A DNA stretch of 64,000 nucleotides, taken from NCBI GenBank assembly GCA_963666365.2, contig CAXXNF010000002.1, forward strand, positions 224,001 through 288,000, given 5' to 3'. This document shows positions 58,470 through 64,000 of the stretch, in pieces (the first letter of the stretch is position 1; each line of letters begins with the position of its first letter). The notes beneath the pieces were generated by a model, which was not told the DNA's origin, searched no databases, and worked only from the letters and a program-made list of their open reading frames with translations. A program made the translations under genes and the position numbers. Origin of the DNA: Syntrophales bacterium (GTDB lineage Bacteria > Desulfobacterota > Syntrophia > Syntrophales > UBA2210).

Positions 58470-59825
58470 ATGGGTTTTTTAATTAGAAGAAAGATTACTT
58501 TTGTGGGTTTGATCTGTCTTTGCGCCATTGCGGCAGCGACAATTGGCGCAGTGGGCGTACAGGCGGCCATGCCGGCATTTGACGTCAATAAAGTGTCCGA
58601 TATGAGCGGGTACGATCCGACCACCTTCGAAAACCCAACCGGTGATGTTATAAAGATCGGTGTGGTCGAGGCGTTTTCCGGTCCTGCTGCCTTTAACGGC
58701 CAGATTTACTGGATGGTGAATACGTGGCTTGCCTATGATATCAACAAACGCGGCGGCATTATGGTAGACGGCAAGAAGAAAAAGATTGCCGTCATCAAGG
58801 GTGACAGCCAGGCAAAACCGGCAAATTGCAAAAAGGTTACAGAAAAGCTCTGTCTTGAGGACAAGGTGGATCTGCTCTTTGGAACTGCAGGCAGCCATCT
58901 GACCCTGATCGTTCAGCAGGTGGCGGAGAAATACAAAACAGTATTCATGAATCCCATGTCGCTTTCCGATGCACTGATGGATGCGAAAAACTTCAGCCCC
59001 TATACCTTCAGGACGACGATTACGACGAAGTCAATCGGTATGGGAATGGCCTATTTCTACTCGAAAAGACCGGAAAATAAATTTTACATATTGAACCAGG
59101 ATTATTCCTACGGTCATCTCATGGCGGAGGCCTTTAAGGAGTCATTGAAAAAATACAAACCCAACGCGGAAATCGTGGGAGAAGATTTTCACCCCCTCTT
59201 CATCAAGGATTTCGCGCCCTATCTTACAAAAATACAGGCTTCGGGCGCCGAGGTGATTTTCAGCGGCGATTGGGCCCCCGACGCACAGAATCTCCTGATG
59301 CAGGCCCGTCAGATGAAATGCATGCTTCCCTTCGCCAATATCTATATGGATGCGCCGGCACAGCTTGTCGCAGTGGGTGTCGAGGGGTCGAAGGGAATGG
59401 TGAATCTTAACGATCACCATATGACGATCGGAACGCCGGAAATGGATAAATTTATCGATCTTTACCACAATGTAGCGACGAAATGGAAAGCCCCCTACGA
59501 CACCATCATGTGGGTGTGGCCGCTGGGCGCCGGCGCCAAGACAATGATCATGGGCTACTGGATGTGGGATGTGGTCGAACGTGCGGAAAGCGCAGATGCC
59601 GAGAAAATAATCAAAACCTGGGAGGGAGACACTTACAAGGCCCTCAACGGCATAGTCCATATGAGGGCCTGCGATCATCAGGTCGTACGCGATGTCTACG
59701 TTGCGGAGTATGTCTATCCCAACCCGTACTACAAGGATGCAGCCGCGCCGGGAAAACCCTTTGTCGTACCGGCCGAATTCGCTATTCCCCCACCGCCGGC
59801 TGATCTGGAACGGTGCAAGAAGTAA
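58470..59825 (+). CDS. ABC transporter substrate-binding protein, close paralogue of 53427-54782
   Basis: Same length (451 aa) and same motifs; GGAGG RBS. Confidence 0.88.
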   Translation: MGFLIRRKITFVGLICLCAIAAATIGAVGVQAAMPAFDVNKVSDMSGYDPTTFENPTGDVIKIGVVEAFSGPAAFNGQIYWMVNTWLAYDINKRGGIMVDGKKKKIAVIKGDSQAKPANCKKVTEKLCLEDKVDLLFGTAGSHLTLIVQQVAEKYKTVFMNPMSLSDALMDAKNFSPYTFRTTITTKSIGMGMAYFYSKRPENKFYILNQDYSYGHLMAEAFKESLKKYKPNAEIVGEDFHPLFIKDFAPYLTKIQASGAEVIFSGDWAPDAQNLLMQARQMKCMLPFANIYMDAPAQLVAVGVEGSKGMVNLNDHHMTIGTPEMDKFIDLYHNVATKWKAPYDTIMWVWPLGAGAKTMIMGYWMWDVVERAESADAEKIIKTWEGDTYKALNGIVHMRACDHQVVRDVYVAEYVYPNPYYKDAAAPGKPFVVPAEFAIPPPPADLERCKK

Positions 59826-59849
59826 GGTGCGCGTTTAGAATGTTGATCC

Positions 59850-59886
59850 AAACGGTACTCGAGATGGCCTTCGAGTACCGTTTTTT
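59850..59886 (+). terminator. Terminator-like hairpin between binding-protein and ligase genes
   Basis: aaacggtactcga...tcgagtaccgttt perfect 13-bp inverted repeat plus T tract. Confidence 0.75.
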
Positions 59887-59915
59887 AATATCTTCATAAA
59901 GGAAAGGTTCATAAA

Positions 59916-61583
59916 ATGAGCAATAAAAACTATCTGGAGTTTTACGACTACTGCGTGCCCGAGACAGTGCGGACACCAAGACTTTCCGTTGCTGACCTGC
60001 TGCAGATTCCGGCGAATGCCTATCCCGACAAGGCGGCTACTGACTTTTACGGAACCGAGATTACCTTCTGGGAACTGCGAACCCTGACCCTGCGCATGGC
60101 CAATGCCCTGGCGAAACTGGGAATAGGAAAAGGCGACCGGGTGGGACTGCATCTTCCTACCTGCCCTCAGTACCCGATCGCCTATTATGCGGTGCTTTCG
60201 CTGGGCGCGATAGTGGTGAATCTCAATCCCATCTACACAAATGATGAAATCAAGGGAGTTGCCGAGAATGTCGATATGAAGGCCCTCATCACATCGGATG
60301 TGTCCCTGCCGATTGTGCGGGTACTCTGCAAGACCGTTTCCATTCCGATTGTAATCGTGACAAAAGTTACCGATTTTATCGCAGGTCTGGGCGTCAGTAC
60401 GGCCAAGAGCCTCGATCTTCAGGAAGGGTGGCATCATTATTCAACGATTCTGGACGACTGTACCGATACGCGGCGCCCCCGGGTTGACATACATCCCGAC
60501 GATCCGGCCCTGATTCAGTTTACGGGAGGCACCACGGGAATTCCCAAGGGCGCCATCCTGACCCACTACAACACTCTCAGTTCCATTCTGCGCGGGTTTA
60601 TCTGGGGGACGGCGGCAATCCAGAATATACCGCCCGAACGCCGCCACGTCCTTGAGGTACTTCCGCTGTTTCACGTATACGGAAATGTGACCATGAACTG
60701 GTCCATGCTCAGTTGCACCACTCAGATTATGGTTCCCCGCTTTGATCTTGAAGAGCTGATGGGCATTATGGCACGATTCAAGGAAATTACCTATTTCCCT
60801 GCCGTGCCCACAATGCTGACGGCGATTATCAATCATCCAAAAGTGGAGGAGCTGGGTCTCGATAAAAAGATCGGCTTCGTCAATTCCGGGGCCGCTCCCA
60901 TGCCGGTGGAGCTGATCGAACGCATCAAGGATATGGGCATCTACTTCAGCGAAGGCTGGGGCATGACCGAGACCTGCTCTGTAGGGATTCAGTGTCCGAC
61001 ACTGGGACTCAAAAAGGTCGGCAGCATCGGCATCCCTTACCCCGATACGGAAGTCCGTCTGGTCAATGTCGAGGATGAGGTCACCGATGTAAAGCAGGGA
61101 GAACCGGGGGAGATCGTCATCAAAGGACCCATGGTGATGAAGGGTTACTGGAACAATCCCGAAGAGACGGCAAATCAGCTCAGAGACGGCTGGCTCTACA
61201 CCGGTGACGTTGCCGTCCAGGACGAGGACGGCTACATCTTCATCGTCGACCGCAAGAAGGATATGATAATCGCCGGCGGATTCAATATCTATCCGCGTGA
61301 GATTGACGAGGTGCTCCACCAGCATCCGAAGATTGCCCAGGCCGTCGCCGTTGGCGTGCATGATGCGTATCGTGGTGAAACGGTAAAGGCATTTATTGTT
61401 GCCGTAGCAGGGGAAACATTAGTGGAAAAGGAAGTTATTGATTTTTGTAGAGAAAAACTTGTGGCATACAAGGTTCCTAAACTCGTTGAATTTCGTGACA
61501 GCTTGCCCCAGTCGGCCGTGGGGAAGGTGTTGCGAAAGGTTCTCAGGGAAGAGGAGGAGGCAAAAAGAAAAAAAGGAGAATGA
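59916..61583 (+). CDS. Long-chain-fatty-acid--CoA ligase, close paralogue of 51393-53060
   Basis: QFTGGTTGIPKG, EGWGMTET, LPQSAVGK; collinear with the first copy. Confidence 0.93.
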   Translation: MSNKNYLEFYDYCVPETVRTPRLSVADLLQIPANAYPDKAATDFYGTEITFWELRTLTLRMANALAKLGIGKGDRVGLHLPTCPQYPIAYYAVLSLGAIVVNLNPIYTNDEIKGVAENVDMKALITSDVSLPIVRVLCKTVSIPIVIVTKVTDFIAGLGVSTAKSLDLQEGWHHYSTILDDCTDTRRPRVDIHPDDPALIQFTGGTTGIPKGAILTHYNTLSSILRGFIWGTAAIQNIPPERRHVLEVLPLFHVYGNVTMNWSMLSCTTQIMVPRFDLEELMGIMARFKEITYFPAVPTMLTAIINHPKVEELGLDKKIGFVNSGAAPMPVELIERIKDMGIYFSEGWGMTETCSVGIQCPTLGLKKVGSIGIPYPDTEVRLVNVEDEVTDVKQGEPGEIVIKGPMVMKGYWNNPEETANQLRDGWLYTGDVAVQDEDGYIFIVDRKKDMIIAGGFNIYPREIDEVLHQHPKIAQAVAVGVHDAYRGETVKAFIVAVAGETLVEKEVIDFCREKLVAYKVPKLVEFRDSLPQSAVGKVLRKVLREEEEAKRKKGE

Positions 61584-61818
61584 TGTTCTGAATAAATTTT
61601 TTTCCTGTACGGCTTTTTTTCAGGAAGATACAGGTGTCTGCGCTTTCAATAAAGGGTCTCAGAAATAGGTATATCAGATTGATAATATAATATGAAATCG
61701 ACCAGTTGCCGAAATTGCGCCCAGTTGACTTCCCTGAGTCTTTCTGTTATAGATCCCTGCACTTTTGAAATAAATTTCATCAATTGTTCGCAATATACAG
61801 AATGAGCGGGGATAGAGA

Positions 61819-62826
61819 GTGGAAAAAAAGCGTATTTTGAGTGGAATGCGTCCCACCGGCAAGCTTCACTTGGGTAATCTTCACGGAGCATTGTCGAACT
61901 GGGTAAATCTTCAAAATAAAGACGAGTACGAGTGCTTTTACTTTGTTGCCGATTGGCATGCACTGACAAGCGACTACAAAGATACCTCGCGTATCGGCGA
62001 AAATACCATCGATATGGTGATCGACTGGCTCAGCGCCGGGCTCGATCCGGAAAAAAGCACCCTTTTCATTCAGTCGGAAGTGGTGGAACATGCCGAATTG
62101 CATCTTATATTGTCGATGATTACCCCCCTTGCCTGGCTGGAGCGAAATCCCACCTACAAGGAGATGAAGACTGAACTTTCCGACCGTGATCTTTCGACGG
62201 CCGGATTTCTCGGGTATCCCGTACTTCAGGCAGCTGATATTATCATGTACAAGGCTTATGGAGTCCCTGTGGGCGTTGACCAGCTTCCCCATGTAGAGCT
62301 TACCCGCGAAATTGCACGTCGATTTAACTTTCTTTATAGAGAAATCTTTCCCATTCCGGAGCCGCTTCTTGCCGAAGTACCGAAACTTCTTGGTACCGAT
62401 GGGAGGAAAATGAGCAAATCTTATGATAATTCAATATATGTGAGCGACAGGGGAAAGGTCTTGCAGCAAAAGATTCTTGCCATGTTTACTGATCCACAGC
62501 GCCGGAAAAAGAGTGATCCCGGGAGGCCTGAAATCTGCAACGTATTCGCTTTCCATGGTCTTTACACTTCGCCTGATGCAGTGTGTCAGATAGAAGAAGA
62601 CTGCAGAAAGGCAGCCATAGGGTGTGTCGAGTGTAAAAAACGGCTGGCCGCAAGAATTTCCGAGCGCATGGCCCCAATCCACGAAAGGCGGGACTATTAC
62701 GTCGCCCATCCCGGGGTGGTGAAAGAAATTATCGCAGAGGGGATTTCCGTTGCTGAGGGACATGCGCGCCGTACAATGGATGAAGTGCGGGAGGCGGTGA
62801 GGATTTACCGTATAGTCGACCGATGA
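61819..62826 (+). CDS. trpS: Tryptophan--tRNA ligase
   Basis: SGMRPTGKLHLGN, ADWHALT, YPVLQAADI, VPVGVDQ, KMSKS. Confidence 0.97.
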   Translation: MEKKRILSGMRPTGKLHLGNLHGALSNWVNLQNKDEYECFYFVADWHALTSDYKDTSRIGENTIDMVIDWLSAGLDPEKSTLFIQSEVVEHAELHLILSMITPLAWLERNPTYKEMKTELSDRDLSTAGFLGYPVLQAADIIMYKAYGVPVGVDQLPHVELTREIARRFNFLYREIFPIPEPLLAEVPKLLGTDGRKMSKSYDNSIYVSDRGKVLQQKILAMFTDPQRRKKSDPGRPEICNVFAFHGLYTSPDAVCQIEEDCRKAAIGCVECKKRLAARISERMAPIHERRDYYVAHPGVVKEIIAEGISVAEGHARRTMDEVREAVRIYRIVDR

Positions 62827-62913
62827 AAACCGTCTTTCCTGAAGGTCGGACATGTCTGCAATGAGGGCGGAACAGGTAGGTGAGTCTTCACAATCCACGA
62901 ACGGTTATATGCC

Positions 62914-63642
62914 ATGACCTATCAATTCAAGCTGGATGTGTTTGAGGGGCCTCTTGATCTTCTGCTCTATCTGATTAGAAAAAACGAAATTGATATATAC
63001 GACATCCCCATTTCATTGATCACCGAACAATATATGGAGTATGTCGAAGCGATGAAGTCATTAAATCTCGATATGGCGGGGGAGTATCTCCTTCTTGCCG
63101 CCACGCTGCTCCATATCAAGTCTCGAATGCTGCTTCCTGTCCATGAGGATGAAGAACCGGAAGAAGAGGATCCAAGGTCGGAACTGGTAAAACAACTTCT
63201 CGAGTATCAAGCCTTTAAAGAGGCGGCGTTAAATCTTGGCGCCATGCGAATGCTCAATAGAGATGTATTTGCCCGGACTGCGGTCTCCGATGAAGAGCTT
63301 GGCGACATTGAACGTCCCATCAGGGAAATAGGCATCTTTGAACTTGTTGAAGTCTTTCAGAAAATTCTTGCGGATGCGGGAGAGGACTATCGTATCGAGA
63401 TAGACATGGAAAAAATATCCCTTTCGCAGCGAATTAACGAGATTATGGATGAACTGAGCCGGAAGAAGGTCTTGACCTTTGAAGAACTGCTGGGCGTCGC
63501 GCGCAGTCGAAGGGGGATTGTTTACACCTTTCTCGCCCTGCTGGAACTGATGAAGCTGAGATTGGCCAAGGCCTTCCAGACAGATCCCAACGGGCCCATC
63601 CGTGTGTACCTTGCCGTTGAGGAGGGGGAAATCGATGAATGA
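62914..63642 (+). CDS. scpA: Segregation and condensation protein A
   Basis: FEGPLDLLLYLI, IKSRMLLP, EDPR.ELV, TFLALLEL. Confidence 0.96.
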   Translation: MTYQFKLDVFEGPLDLLLYLIRKNEIDIYDIPISLITEQYMEYVEAMKSLNLDMAGEYLLLAATLLHIKSRMLLPVHEDEEPEEEDPRSELVKQLLEYQAFKEAALNLGAMRMLNRDVFARTAVSDEELGDIERPIREIGIFELVEVFQKILADAGEDYRIEIDMEKISLSQRINEIMDELSRKKVLTFEELLGVARSRRGIVYTFLALLELMKLRLAKAFQTDPNGPIRVYLAVEEGEIDE

Positions 63643-64000
63643 GGTAAAGGCGGTTCTCGAGGCGCTGATTTTTGTTTCCGATGCGCCGGTATCGGTAAAG
63701 AAATTGAAGGAACTCCTTGAAGATGCTGCAGAGGGGCAGGTGGAAATAATGCTCGATGAACTGGTCTGTGAGTATCACGCACGGGGAGGAGGGATCGTTC
63801 TTCAGAAAGTTGCAGGGGGCTATCAGTTCAGGACGCCCGAGACTGTGGGCCCGTGGATCAAGAAACTGAAAGGGGGAAAGCCCCTGGCCCTCAGCCAAGC
63901 GGCTATGGAAACATTAGCCGTAATCGCCTATCGGCAGCCGGTAATGAAAGCTGAAATAGAAACAGTGCGCGGGGTCGATGCAAGTGCTGCCTTGAGGGGG
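63635..64000 (+). CDS. scpB: Segregation and condensation protein B (runs off the window end)
   Basis: MNEVKAVLEALIFVSDAPV, VAGGYQFRT, LSQAAMETLAVIAYRQPV, IETVRGV; not in the ORF track because it has no stop in the window. Confidence 0.93.
   Translation, partial: MNEVKAVLEALIFVSDAPVSVKKLKELLEDAAEGQVEIMLDELVCEYHARGGGIVLQKVAGGYQFRTPETVGPWIKKLKGGKPLALSQAAMETLAVIAYRQPVMKAEIETVRGVDASAALRG

Noticed and set aside
61584..61818. T-box leader upstream of trpS
   Set aside because: No AAnnnnGGTGGnACC T-box motif or terminator/antiterminator pair is visible.
1..64000. CRISPR arrays, rRNA/tRNA genes, IS elements, prophage or defence genes
   Set aside because: No regularly spaced repeats, RNA gene signatures, transposase, integrase or nuclease motifs were recognised by eye.

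Overview
Gene-dense bacterial chromosome segment with gene content typical of an anaerobic Desulfobacterota/Syntrophales-like organism (taxonomy is an inference). Housekeeping blocks (pcm-yqaA-nlpD, two-subunit biotin-dependent carboxylase, M23-secA-argJ, trpS-scpA-scpB) alternate with many carboxylic-acid uptake and CoA-activation genes: a Liv-type ABC transporter, 4 family III CoA-transferases, 3 AMP-forming and 2 ADP-forming ligases, an enoyl-CoA hydratase, an AbfD-like flavoprotein and a flavoprotein/Fe-S module. The most striking observation is a full-length, apparently intact, circularly permuted cofactor-independent phosphoglycerate mutase (16206-17783): its canonical C-terminal half precedes its canonical N-terminal half. 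The 43-61.6 kb region is a remodelled catabolic block with duplicated binding-protein/ligase modules, three unannotated gene remnants and a 4-hydroxybutyryl-CoA dehydratase homologue with altered Fe-S ligands. No rRNA, tRNA, CRISPR array, transposase or integrase was recognised. All family calls rest on motif recognition by eye, and reference residue numbers are recalled from the literature rather than computed.
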